Positions 51,701 to 63,531 of a stretch of 64,000 nt of DNA are shown here, one piece after another; the first letter of the stretch is position 1; each line of letters opens with the position of its first letter. The notes beneath the pieces were generated by a model, which ran no database searches, was not told the origin of the DNA, and was given only the letters and a program-made list of their open reading frames with translations. Position numbers and translations under genes: made by a program. The DNA is from Psammoneis japonica (lineage: Eukaryota), in assembly GCA_008632985.1 (NCBI GenBank), contig QPGO01000075.1, forward strand, positions 126,517 through 190,516. Direction: 5' to 3'.

Positions 51701-51752
51701 AGACGACGCCCAGAAAAATAGAGAAAAGCTGGTACACACACAGCAGTCATGA
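48741..51752 (+). CDS. OSCA/CSC1/TMEM63 (ERD4-like) mechanosensitive calcium-permeable channel
   Basis: N-terminal TM, CGMDS, LSIAYV, acidic cytosolic insert, AGFVYF, APDPENVFYRNV, FLATSLPGQSTYFIQ and PDTGGRIW; about 10-11 hydrophobic segments. Likely start MEADRRYC. Confidence 0.9.
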   Translation: MEADRRYCLPEEWFQSYYFNTTTRHLQSTTESNNEEPLDDSTVLVDTLLVYGSIFVVAMLVFCCVRIRYPKTFNVRTWIEPLKCDLAMEASTYGFVSWFWKVRRASSTEIREQCGMDSACLDRMFLFGMKIFLVGMFNSIWLFPIYATSIPEDVELDAVARLSIAYVPPGSDRLIATVLSTYIIFGFTMYFILQEFKWFSTHRHAFQSEREPRNYAMYIRGLPEYLRSDAALKKYFSLLFTDGVLDAHVALRIPKLEAKVNKREALVRKLEHLINIEQIKGVTPMTKSITGKPTNEAIPVAVEELTQLNQEIAEDVTAMEELKLQQDVALEKELPLEWALVNGCDDAEGDESSKGVGMHQTEGTGDSSDDDADAIDQASAKEDIFMDAQETLPLEHAQEEEEATSEGVGMESSPKVEQGDIVVDANETIESEKAVAEKKETPPVFRFDGSTRNVVDKLQTSVSHFSESVTHSVQKGANLGVTSSKKLAKKAKEGITTGATSALALVRGEEEGSPRDAGFVYFSNLHSKQSALQGIHHSTPFSMDAYDAPDPENVFYRNVGRSSHELQTGRLLAIALTAALRLSWTIPTAFISSLSNIESLAQEISWLADLLEKQPWLSTFFKILAPLLLILLNSSLPTLLEWITLVEFPLSQAAQVAQQFPKLASFMIIQTFFVSAVSGGIWAEIQNIVNDPASIIDFLATSLPGQSTYFIQLLLVKTFVGLAIEMLRFLPLFKAALRRCHGPNLTKEESSRRLYGFLRPLCDPLWLLHAEVASANVLYTMVFFVYSSTAPLVNWFLMFCFGILCLCWRYEYFCNYPVKPDTGGRIWITFMGIVRAQTIIGQLTLLGILGFKRKGWAIPLVLPLLIVNVLFNIYMEQRHKQVAEFLPTEECLRVDLKNRAEGQDDFSFVTNQYLQPALKAKNEVYPYNYQHSLHKAGDVELGVSLNRDFHVVEIDDGEGVEEEGHGVNEGSGENLPMVTTPITLSTGDDAQKNREKLVHTQQS

Positions 51753-52249
51753 TGCATTACTCGTCAGACTTGGAACCGTTGGTGTGGAAACCTGGAATTA
51801 GATTCGATTTTAATGTCCATAGGGTTTGATTAATTGCTTTTTTCTTTTCCTCAAGTGTAAGCACCAACAGCTATTGTTCGGATAGCCCCTAGTTATCCGA
51901 ATTTGCACTTTGTCAGTCCACCGCGATATTGCAAGCGTAATCGCGGAGGAACAAGCTCGCCCATTCAGTACTGCAGGCGAGCAGCGCCAAATAGTCCCCC
52001 GCATGTCGACGACAAGCCTTGGGGCACACCGTATAACGAATACCCCATCATGGACCCCAGGCAAGGAAGTGTGCAACGACATCGCAAGCACCGCCATCGT
52101 AGTCCATTGACGTATGTACGGAATGAATGTAACACGCCAATAGAGATTGTTATGTCGTACTCTTAGTCTTTCTACTTCTGTTGGAAAAGTTCAAAGCGTG
52201 TTTCAAAAAATTGAAACACACCAAAATCAAAAGCAGCTAATGAAATCGG

Positions 52250-54480
52250 TCGCGCAGGGTGACATTGCCTCAAGAGCGCCATCAAAAGATGGAGCTCAAG
52301 CTTTTGCGTATCTTCAGAGTGAAAAACATCACTCTAAAAAATGTAAAAGGGCGCACCTCGAGAGTAGTGCGAGTCGATAAAGTTGCTGCACCTCATCTCA
52401 CAGTTCCTGGGTTGAAGACGAGTGCAGGTGATAAAGTGTGCCTTTGGCGAATTTGGCGAGACTCCTTTTTCGATTGTGCTGCCGCTGTCTATGCTGAAAC
52501 AACACGTCCAATCCGAGGAAGTCAGAAACGTCCCCGCTCCCAATGACGCTGCACCTGACAACAGCAACACAAGGACTGCACCGGCACCTGCACCAGTGAA
52601 TGATTGGGAACAAGAAGATGATGAAACAAGTGAAAGTGAGGAGATCGAGTCAACCAATTAAGACGACGATGAAGACATTGACGCCTCATCCGAAACACTC
52701 ACCATGGCTGACATTGAATGCATCAGGCAATGCGAAGCTTTAGCCAGAGGTGCCAAGGCTGGCAAAATGTCTCTGTCGCATCCTCACCTTGACGACCCAC
52801 CTGAACCCAAAGAAATGCAAGACTTGTTCTCATGCGTGAATGGAGATGGATTTCACAATGTTGACAGGCCCAAAATGCCGGTCAGACACACGTTTAAAAA
52901 GGCGATGAAGGTGGCCCTTCGTGAAGCCGAGTGCGCTTGGAACCCGCAGAAGCTGCAAGAAGTGAAGCAGGCTGTGATCGAAGATGGTTTCACAGAGACC
53001 AAAATTGAACTGGAAATGTGCTGTTGATCAAAATTCTTCCGAGACTGCATTGACCGTTGGAAGTTGCCGCCAAAACAGTTGTGTTGACAAGTCTGTGCTG
53101 TGCATGTGCTGTTGGGCAACAAAACAGACAGTGAGACCGGGCAACCAATTTTCAACAAGAGAGCATGGAAGAAGGCAAACAGGGTTCTGAGAAGTGTCCT
53201 GGCTGGGTGCATGTCCGATCCTCCTGGAGTGTCATTCTGCATGCTCCGGCTCAACAGTTCAGGAGAACCAATGAAGAACAAGTGTGGGTTTAATCTCTTC
53301 TGCTGCAACTGGGGAACCAGCAACGTTGAGTCAATGCACAAGCAAATCGTGACTGTGTTCGGGACTTGGTGCACTGGAGTTGAAATGTCGGATTGCCTTT
53401 TAAGCGAGCATTGGCATTGTCACAGTCATCGAAGCTCAGAACGTCGGTGCCAGGGCTTCCCAAGGGTTGGTCATTTTGACACTTGGCTCATTGATCAGGC
53501 ACAACTCTCAGTTGAAGAGAACCATGGTGTTCCATTGCATCCTGAATGGACCAATTCAAGCGATTGCAAAAGCATGCCAGAGAGCTTTGACACAATTCCA
53601 CTGCACAATCAGGAACTGGCAAACACCGTTGAAGACATCCAAATCAAATTCTGGACAAAGAGTGGCAAGGGAAAACCGGGGGAGGAACACAAAGTGAGAT
53701 TGTAAAGAGACCAGGCGTGTCTTACAGCTGCCATGGGATCAAACCCACCATTCTCACCTGTTCACAGAGTGGATGAGACAAGACTTTTCTCCAGGCTTCA
53801 TCTAGAGTCTTGTCATGATGCCCACAAGTGCCGGTGCAGCATCGAGTGGACCAAGCACTGCAACGGCATGACCATCTTTCTAAAGCTCAAGGTGCACCTC
53901 AACATGTGTGACAAGCAGTGGAAACGAAACCAAAGGACCAAAGACGCCGTTCAAGGTGCAAGAACTGTTTTCAAAGCTCTTGCAAACTTGAACCAAACTC
54001 TGCAACCAGACGCACACAATGGAGATGCTGCAACAGAACTCCTCGGCAATGAAAATGATGACACACCAAACAGCGGCACCAGTTCAGTGGAAGGTCTGTC
54101 TCAAAATCAACAGGACGTGGCATTCCACAATGCACATTGGCCCACACCCTTGGTGCCGTGCACTCTCAACTTGTCGTTGCAGCATGCTCGTCACAATGAT
54201 GAAATGCCAATCACAGTTGGTGGGATGCAGATGTGTCCCCTGCACCGTGTGACACCTGAGAGGGAAGAAAATCCAGCAACAATTAAAAGAAGAGGCAAGT
54301 GCAGCAGCGACACCAGGAAACAAAGCAGCCATCATTGCATGCACTGTGTCTGATGCGGGGGAGACAAGGTCCTTGAATGTAGAGGCCGACACCCAAGGCC
54401 AGGACAAGAGAAATGTGTGCATTTTAAAAGTGATGGGAGCCCCCGAAATTTTTTAGCATTCACAGAGCAAAAATCAAAGT
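52250..54480 (+). pseudogene. Degenerate transposon-like ORF (unclassified; DPPG...GTSNVESMH motif, Cys-rich C-terminus)
   Basis: Broken reading frame 52259-54430 (DGFHNVDRPK, FNKRAWKKAN, SDPPGVSFC, GTSNVESMHK, GHFDTWLID) with stop codons. No Tyr after about 52500. TE identity is inferred from context and composition. Confidence 0.45.
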
Positions 54481-54708
54481 AAACGTGCCATGAGCATCCA
54501 CAGTTTTCCACATCTCTTGACAATGGCAAAGAGGTTGACAAGCCAAAGGTGGCACTTTTCTGCCATGCTGGCAGTGGCAGACAGTCGAACAAAACACCAT
54601 TTCATTGCCTTTCATCTTCACCATTTTCCCAGTTTTTGATCCCTGAACAAGGGAGCGCTGCTTGACAGAGATCCCAATCTAAGTGGGAATGATGCGCAGC
54701 CACCAAGA

Positions 54709-55915
54709 CCCCCCCTCACACTGGGAGAATTGTGAGCCCCATTCACTGCATGGGATCACTGTTCTTCTAGTGAGCAGGTGCTGGTGGCACATCATTGCTG
54801 CCATCTAAGATGCAGGACAGGGGATGGCATCCAGTCTGGGTGCCCAAATGTCCAAAGAAGAGAATGCGTGGGACATTCTTGGTGAGGGTGTTGCTGCAGT
54901 TTGCTGCGGTGTCAATCCTTTCCATGTGCACAAGATCTTGTTAAACCCAGTCCTGCAGAGCAAAGTGGTGCATGTCGACATGGCATGTCCGGCGGGTGGG
55001 TTGACTGGCATTGGCCATCATGCGGGATGCATTGTTGTCCTCGTGTGGATGAGGGCAGCCTCTGTCTGTGACACACTCAGTTCATCAAGGATGGAACACA
55101 GGCACAAGGCCATCTCACCTGCATCTGATGTGGCAACAAATTCTGCTTCTGAGGAAGACGCAGACATGGCAGGTTGTCACAAGTTTTCCATGCTGTGGCA
55201 GTGCTGGCAAGCAGGAAAGCCATGCCAGTGATGGACCAACGATGACGGATGTTGGCAGCCCAGTCAGAGTCTTTGCAGCCAGTGAGTTCCATGGGGGATG
55301 CCGCGTGAGGAGGTTGGGGCACACGGTCATGTGGTGCCGTGACAGGTGGTGGCGGAGGTGCACGCGGGAGAGACTTGTTTGGGCAGGGTCGCCAGTGCAT
55401 GAGGCCAAAGTCCGGATGGTGTTGGACATGCCGCAGCACATCCTTGATGCCTTCACAGTGCCGGGAGCGGGGTTAGAGCCAAGTTGACTCAGCTTGGTGA
55501 TCAAGCAGCTGAGGTCAACTCTGGTGGTGACCATGGCCCATGTGAGTTTGCCGGTGGCTTTGCAGCAGGAGAAGCCATGCTGGCTTTGAAGTTGGTGGGT
55601 TTCAGCATCATTGGCGGGGGTGGGAGCTTCGTCCAGGGTCTTGCTGCAGGATGAATCACCGGGCATGGGGAGGTGTGGAGTGTGCAGAGGTGCATCCGGT
55701 GCGTCAAAGAAGGGGTGGTTCTTCAGAATCCATTTGATGTGCGAGGTGCTCCAGTCAGGTTTTCATCCATGATGTTGCAGACAAAGTTGTGTGTTGCATT
55801 GCTGTTGGTGGCCATCACAAAATCATCCACCTGTCGAAGGAACAGCACTTCTTTGCCATTGACAGCACCACTGTAGATGCGCGGCTCATGGGCAGTGGGG
55901 GTGAGGCCAAGTTTA
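54709..55915 (-). mobile_element. Degenerate Ty1/copia RT-RNase H fragment (second family)
   Basis: Minus-strand EPRIYSG...LFLRQVDDF, GKLTWAMVTTRVDLS...LSQ and LTGCKDSDWA...SITG; a G-rich polypurine-tract-like run at about 54709-54717. Confidence 0.7.
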
Positions 55916-55919
55916 GCAT

Positions 55920-56135
55920 GGATGGGCCCAATCTGTGCATGGGGAGGCAGAAGAGCTGCTCCCGCAAGATGCGCCCGAGCCACTTGGCAAGTTTGTCACC
56001 ACCACACACTGCGTTGATGCAAACTTGTTCCATTTCATGCTTGCTGGATGCTCTGTCAATGGCATCCTCCATTTCCTCAACAAGTTTCCGGCTGATTGGT
56101 TCTCCAAGAAACAAGCAAAACAGTCAAGACTGTCA
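55920..56135 (+). mobile_element. Short copia RNase H N-terminal fragment
   Basis: Near-copy of 58273-58480 (GEAEELLPQDAPEPLGKFVTTTHCVDANL...DWFSKKQ). Confidence 0.8.
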
Positions 56136-56138
56136 ATC

Positions 56139-56384
56139 TGACAGAAAATGAAGATGACTGGGGTGGAAGAAAACAACGACTCCTTGCTGCTGTCTAAATG
56201 GCAGATGAGTCTCCATGCAGAGACTGTTGCAGGAGCCAAAAGACTGGTGTCGTGATGTTGGCACTGCTGTCATTGTTCTTGTGAGCCGTGTGGCTTGAAA
56301 GCAAACTGCATCGTGCAACGCATGCGGAACTAAGAGCACACACAATTGCGTGTGATGAACTAAAATCTTGTTCAAATCCTGTCA
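56139..56384 (-). mobile_element. Copia LTR (3' LTR, minus strand), related to the LTRs at 60744 and 63532
   Basis: The minus strand starts tgacaggatttgaacaaga and ends ttttctgtca. It is preceded on that strand by pol-end sequence (MFWNF...cctcaagcaaactggtgag). Confidence 0.8.
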
Positions 56385-56586
56385 CTCACCAGTTTGCTTG
56401 AGGGGTCAACAGCAACAGATTTGAGGTCAGATTGGTTGAAAACCTTGGGATCAAAGTTCCAAAACATTGGAGGACAAAGGAGGTTCCAGACTTGGGAGCA
56501 AGCTAGACAGGGACATGACAGCCGTGACAATGTCAATGCGACCAAGACACACAGCCCATTGCAGGGAACCAATTGAGGATTTGCCA

Positions 56587-58570
56587 GCTTCGCCAGATGG
56601 GGAGGCGATCAGGATGCCCAAAATGCCGGTCTTTGACCCCAAGGATGTCATCGGATGCACCTTCCTCATGAAGCCACAAGAGGATGGACAGTGCCACAGA
56701 GCCCACATCGTCAAAGCCGTTGAGGACCATGACTGGAGAATTGGAGACAATCCTGAACCAGTCAAGTTCATTTGCTCTGACAACAATGACAAATGCGAGG
56801 AAGTCCCAGCCTGCAACAACACCATGCACCACATCAAGCAAGAAGACAAGGACACCACCCTCTGGAAGTTCCGATGCATCGCATCGCACAAAGGACCATT
56901 GCAACCCCATGACCCCGCTTGGTGGAAAGCCTCAAGCTGCAACATCATGCTTGAATGGGAGAATGGGGAGATCACATCTGAACCCCTTGCCGTCATTGCC
57001 AAGGACGATCCTGTCACCTGTGCCATCTGCACATGTGAGCACGGCCTCCTTGAAACCAAAGGATGCAGACATTTTTGCAAGATGGCCCTGCATCAGAAGA
57101 AGCTGTTCTGCATGGCCAACCAAGCCAAGTTGTGCTCCTTTTGTGCTGCACCATGATGCAAGCACGGGCATGAAGTGCCACGGGACTGCAAGCATGCCCT
57201 GGCCCTTGATGAGCGCAACAGCAACCACAAGTGGGGAGAGGACGCAATGGACCTCAAGATGACTCAGCTTGATGAGTGCAAGGTCTTCCACGACTGCGGA
57301 CACTGCAAGGATTCCAGTGCTCCATCAGGACACAAGAAGATCCAGGTGCATCTCGTCTGCAGCATCAAACATGACGGATGGCACAAAGCAAGGCTTGTTG
57401 CCGATGGACACCTCACAGACGTGCCCGTCGACAGTGTCTGTTCCGGAGCAGTGTCTCTCCATGGCCTGCGAATGATGAACTAGAGACTTGGGCCACTGAC
57501 ATTGAGAGTGCCTGTCTCGAAGCTACGACCAAGGAGAAACTGTGCATCACAACAGGCCCCGAGTTTGGCACACTGGAAGGACACATCCTTGTCATCCACA
57601 AGGCCTTGTGTGGACTCCGCAGCTCTGGCCTCTCAGATGGCATGAACGCTTTGCCAATTGCTTGCATGCCAAAGGCTTCTTCCCATGCAAAGCCGAACCC
57701 GACATCTGGCTGCATGGGAATGGTGACCACTGCAAATGCGTGGAAGTGCATGTGGATGACCCAGCCTTCACCATGAAGGACCCCCAGGCTTTCGCAGACA
57801 CCCTCATGGAGAAATGCAAGTTCAAGCTCAAGGGCACTGGACCATTGGAGTTCCATCTTGGTTGTGACTTCACCCGTGATCCAGATGGCACCCTGTGCCT
57901 TGCTCCCCGCAAATGCATTGAGCGCATGGTTGACAACTGCGTGTGCCTCTTTGGGGAGAAGCCCCGCACTGATGTGCTTTCACCCCTTGACAAGGGAGAC
58001 CACCCTGAGCTCGACACCTCCAAATCACTTGAACCGGAGGGCATCCACCAATTTCAATCCTCAATTGGTTCCCTGCAATGGGCCGCATCTCTTGGTTGCA
58101 TTGACATTGCTGCGGCTGTCATGTCCCTGTCTGGCTTCCATGCAGTGCACCGCCAAGGCCACCTGGACCGTGCCAAATGCATCTGTGGATTCCTCTCCAA
58201 GATGCATCATGGTGCCCTCTGAGTGTGCACCCAGGAGCCCAACTGTTCAGACCTCCCCAAGCCCGTGTGTGACTGGGCCCAATCTGTGTGTGGGGAGGTA
58301 GAAGAGCTGCTCCCGCAAGATGCGCCCAAGCCACTTGGCAAGTTCATCACCACCACACACTGCGTTGATGCAATCTTGTTCCATTGCATGCTCACTGGAC
58401 ACTCTGTCACCAGCATCCTCCATTTCCTCAATGAGTTTCTGGCTGATTGGTTCTCTAAGAAACAAGCAACAGTCAAGACTGAAGGCTCCCGCAACCCAGC
58501 TGACATCCTCAGCAAGCACTGGGGTCACTCCCAAGTCTGGAACCTCCTTCGTCCTCCAATGTTTTGGAAC
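56587..58570 (+). mobile_element. Heavily mutated CoDi-like Ty1/copia pol fragment (post-integrase linker, RT, partial RNase H)
   Basis: Collinear with 61250-63480 (MPVFDP, EPLAVIAKDDPVTCAI, KHDGWHKARLVADGH, EVHVDD, GSLQWA). Stops, frameshifts and an internal deletion at about 58480. Confidence 0.9.
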
Positions 58571-59022
58571 TTCGATGAAATGAAACTCAAGGAAACCGGA
58601 GGCAATCACCTCGCGCACATGATGGAACAAGAGGGCGGTGTGTCGCTTGTGCAACTTGGAGTGCAGGATGGCAGCACTGTTTGCAACCGACTTGTTGTCC
58701 CCAAACATGCAACATGTTTCATGAATGGGGATGCCAAGGTGACGCAAAGTGATGCGCAGATTGATGATCTGCTCAATGCACGTCCTTGTGGCAACAAACT
58801 CGGATCCACATGCAGCAGTCTCAACTCTTGCTTGTTTCTTGGAGAACCAATCAGCCGGAAACTCATTGAAGAAATGGAGGATGCCGGTGACAGAGCATCC
58901 AGTGAGCATGCAATGGAACAAGCTCGCATCAACGCAGTGTGTGGTGGTGACGAACTTGCCAAGTGGCTCGGGCGCATCTCACAGGAGCAGCTCTTCTGCC
59001 TCCCCACACACAGATTGGGCCC
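58570..59022 (-). mobile_element. Inverted copia RNase H fragment
   Basis: Minus-strand DWFSKKQARVETAACGSEFVA...MFGDNKSV...KLHKRH...FHHVRE. Confidence 0.85.
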
Positions 59023-60743
59023 ACGGGCAATGACAGGGGTGTCGGCCGGAGGATTGGTGGCATTGGATGGATGGATGCTGTCACGGACTGCTGCCATTTC
59101 GGAGGTGCCAAGCAATGGAGCATTGGCAATGGGTGGAGCACTGACATCCGCAGTGGCATCCGGCACTGTTGTTGGGGATGTTGCTGCCTGAAGGGATGAA
59201 ATGCGGTCCCGCCAAGACGTCGCCGTCTTGGAACGGGTGCTGTTTGCCAGCGCCATGGCAGATCAGTGGTCTAGAACAGGCGTTGGCACACGTGGGGCTG
59301 GTGTCGGCACTTTTGCGTGCAAGAGCACTCAAGTGGAGATGACGCCAACAGCTGCAGCAACAGCAGCAGATGCAAACGACAATGGCGTCAGAGTTGTCGG
59401 CTCATGGCAGAGATGTTGCAGCCACGAAAACGAAAAAGAGCATGCACAAAATGGTCTGTTTGAAGTCAACGATGTTGACAAAAGGTGCAATCAGAGCATG
59501 TTGGTTGGCAGAGGGGCCCTGCTTGAGCCAAGCATGAGTGTTGCTCACAACCAGACAGAGGCCCCAATCCAAGTGGGAGTGACACACAGCCACTGAGACC
59601 ACTTGCTGGCACAAAGTCGTGAGAACAAAAAAGTGGGACGTGATGGTGGCCTGACAACTCAGGGAATGCCACGGCAGTGGTGCCTGTCAACAAGCTCAAG
59701 TCTGATGCAGAAATGTGACAACAAGTTGACAAGACTGAAGGTGAGATGGGCAACAATGTCAGCAGCAAAAAAGGTCGCGACGAGTGCTCCCGAGCAGCGC
59801 TGCTTGCTCTGCCATGCCCATTGTAACTGGGACAAGGGATGTCTTAATTAAAATGGGTTGATTGACTGGAAGAAAGTGCCAAAAACAATGTCACATTTGG
59901 CAGCAACTGCACTCTCAGCCAAATGAAGGAACCCCACAAAATCCAAATCACCACCCCATCAACAACATGTCAACAGAAACCTGCCTGATGCAGAAATGCA
60001 AAAATTCACACTGGACTAAATGTCACAAGACAGGCAACAACATCATCAGCAAAACAGCTTGCGAGGGACGTGCACATGAGCATCACTTGCCACACACAAC
60101 TGGATGTGAGCTTCACAAGAAAAACAGCCAATGACACAGACAGCAAGACAGATCGAGACGGATGCGTTCACACCCAGCAATCATCATGTGCATTGCAGCC
60201 AAACCAAGTGACACCGCTGCAAGCTTCAAGATGACAGCATCTTTGACATCCACATGATTGTAGACTTCCATGAAATGGGTGGCTTGTGCACTGCTGAATC
60301 TGTCAAGAAAGAACAAAAATGGCAACAAAAGTGGTGAGCAACAGGTGTGAGTGACGCACAATCATGCAAGGCAGTTGTTGTCCATTTTTGGATTTAATCT
60401 CACCTCTCTTTTCATTGGCACAATCAACAGAACAAAATGTGATGCAGGGTGCAATGGAGATGTTGGTGGCAACTGCATTGGCAACAATGTCCAACACCAC
60501 CTGTCGCCACTGTCATGGCCTGGTTTTTGCAATGACATTCTCACGAGGGAGATTCTCAGCTCACGCCGGATCACGCTTTTGAGCACATTTCTGTGCAGTC
60601 TAAAAAACTTTGCATGTGTCAACTGCAGGTTTTTGATGCCAAAACTGATGTTTGACCTTGTGTTTTGTTCTTGTGTCACAACAACATGACAGTGGGCCAT
60701 TCTCTTCATTTGTTCATTCACCAGAGCCCACACAAGGCTTTGT

Positions 60744-61019
60744 TGACAGGATTTGAACAGGATTTAGGTGCGCGCGAAATGTCACGCGCTGTTTGGTTTA
60801 CCGCGCACAGTTTTGTGTGCTTTAGTTCCGCGCGTTCGCGCGCAATGTAGTTTGCTTTCGAGCCACAAGGCTCACAAGAATGACAACAGCAGCCCGATTG
60901 TGCCGACTCACACGTCTTTCGGCTCTTGCAACGGTCTCTGAGCGGAGACTCATCTGCCATTTAGACAGCAGCAAGGAGTTGTTGTTTGAATTCTTGCCAT
61001 TTGCCTTCAATTTCTGTCA
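60744..61019 (+). repeat. 5' LTR
   Basis: tgacagg...ctgtca; direct repeat of 63532-63807 with 18 substitutions and no indels. Confidence 0.95.
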
Positions 61020-63531
61020 GAATCCCGTGAGTTGCGTGGACGCTTTGTTGGCATTGCTGAGCACGTCGGCCACCAGATGACCTTCAAGATTCTCTCTGAC
61101 GAGACTCAGAAGATCCTCTGCCGGTCCAACGTACAATCCACCACCACCGATCCTGCCGTTCGAAACCTGCGTCTTGATCCTCCTGATGGGGAGCCACCTG
61201 AACCCATCATCAAATCTCGCCATGACGACAACCCCGTCGATTCTCCTGATGGGGAGATCAGGACACCCAAGATGCCAGTTTTCGATCCGCAAGACATCAT
61301 CAGACACACCTTCCTCATGCAGCCACAAGAGGATGGACAACGCCACAGAGCTCGCATCGTCAAGGCTGTCGAAGACCACGAATGGAAAGTGAACGGCAAT
61401 CCTGAGCTCACCAAGTTCGTCTGCTCTGTCAACAATGACGAATACGAGGAAGTCCTTCTCTGCAACGACATCATGAACCACATTGAGCAAGAAGACGAAG
61501 ACACCACTGTTTGGAAATTTCGACGCATCGTGTCACACGAAGGACCTCTGAAGCCTCATGACCCAACCTGGAAAGGCTCAAGCTACAACATCATGCTTGG
61601 GTGGGAAAGTGGGGAGATCACGTCCGAGCCTCTTGCCATCATCGCCAAGGACGACCCCGTCACCTGCGCCATCTATGCACGAGAGAACGGACTTCTCAAC
61701 ACTGATGGCTGGAAGCGGTTCCGCACCATCGCGAGGCGCCAGAAGAAGCTGTTTCGCATGGCCAACCATGCCAAGCTTCGCTCCTTCCGCACTGCACCTC
61801 GCTACAAGTACGGACACGAAGTTCCCCGGAACTGCAAACACGCCATGTCACTAGACGAACGCAACGGCAACCGCAAATGGGGAGACGCAACTAATCTCGA
61901 GATGGACCAACTCGGGGAATACGAAGTCTTCCATGACTGCGGGCCCTTCGAGTCTTCCACTCCTCCTGCTGGACACAAGAAGATCCGAGTGCACCCAGTG
62001 TACGACGTGAAACACGACGGTCGCCACAAGGCATGACTCGTAGCCGATGGGCACCTCACGGATGCACCCATCGACAGTGTCCACTCCGGAGCAGTCTCCC
62101 TCCGTGGCCTTCGGCTGATGATTTTCCTGGCCGAACTCAACAAGTTGGAGACATGGGCCACCGACGTTGGCAATGCCTGCCTTGAAGCCACCACCAAGGA
62201 GAAGCTCTACATTGTAGCCGGACCCGAATTTGGCAAACTCGAAGGACACATCCTTGTCATCCACAAGGCCCTGTGTGGGCTGCGCAGCTCCGGTCTCCGC
62301 TGGCACGAGCGCTTCGCCGACTGCCTGCGAGCTGAAGGCTTCTTCCCCTGCCGTGCCGAACCCGACATTTGGATGCGCAGGAACGGCGACCACCATGAAT
62401 GCATTGCCGTTTATGTGGATGACCTCGCCATTGCTGTGAAGGACCCTCAATCTTTCGTCGACACTCTCACGGAAAAGCACAAGTTCAAGCTCAAGGGCAC
62501 GGGACCCATTGAGTTCCATCTGGGTTGCGACTTTTCCCGGGATCCCGACGGCACCTTGTGCCTGTCTCCGCGCAAGTACATCGAGCGCATGGTCGACAGC
62601 TGCACCCGACTGTTTGGGGAGAAACCTGCCACCAACGCTCTGTCACCTCTGGAGAAGGGTGACCACCCCGAACTGGACACTTCCGAGCTGCTGGAGCCCG
62701 ATGGCATTCACAAGTTCCAGTCTCTTGTTGGTTCACTCCAATGGGCAGTGTCCCTTGGTCGAATTGACATTGCCACGGCCGTCATGTCACTCTCTAGCTT
62801 CCGAGCTGCACCCCGTCAAGGCCACTTGGATCGTGCCAAACGTGTCTGTGGGCACCTCTCCAAGATGCGACACGGCGCTCTCCGCGTTCGTATGGAAGAG
62901 CCCGACTGTTCGGATCTCCCTGCTCCGGCCTGTGAATGGATGCATTCCGTGTGCGGTGAAGCAGAAGAGATGATCCCGAAGGACGCTCCACCACCCCTTG
63001 GCAAGTTCGTCACTGCCACCCACTACGTCGATGCAAACTTGTGCCATTGCATGCTCACCGGACGCTCTGTCATGGGAATGCTCCACTTCCTCAACAAATT
63101 CCCGGCTGATTGGTTCTCTAAGAAGCAAGCCACCGTGGAGACTGTGACCTGCGGGTCTGAATTTGTTGCCGCAAGGACTTGTGTCGAGCAGATTGTCGAC
63201 CTGCGCATCACCCTGCGCTGTCTTGGCGTCCCGATCCACAATGTCAGTTACATGTTCGGTGACAACAAGTCGGTTGTAGACAGTGCCACCATCCCGCACT
63301 CCAAGTTACACAAGCGACACACCGCACCATCGTTCCACCGTGTGCGCGAGGCAATTGCCTCTGGTTGCCTTGAGTTCCACTTCATCGAAGGCTCCCGCAA
63401 CCCTGCTGACATTCTCAGCAAACATTGGGGTTGCTCCCAAATCTGGGACCTTCTCCGCCCCCTCATGTTCTGGAACTTCATTCCATCCGAAGTCGAATCT
63501 GTTTCTGTGGCTCCTCAAGCAAACTGGGGAG

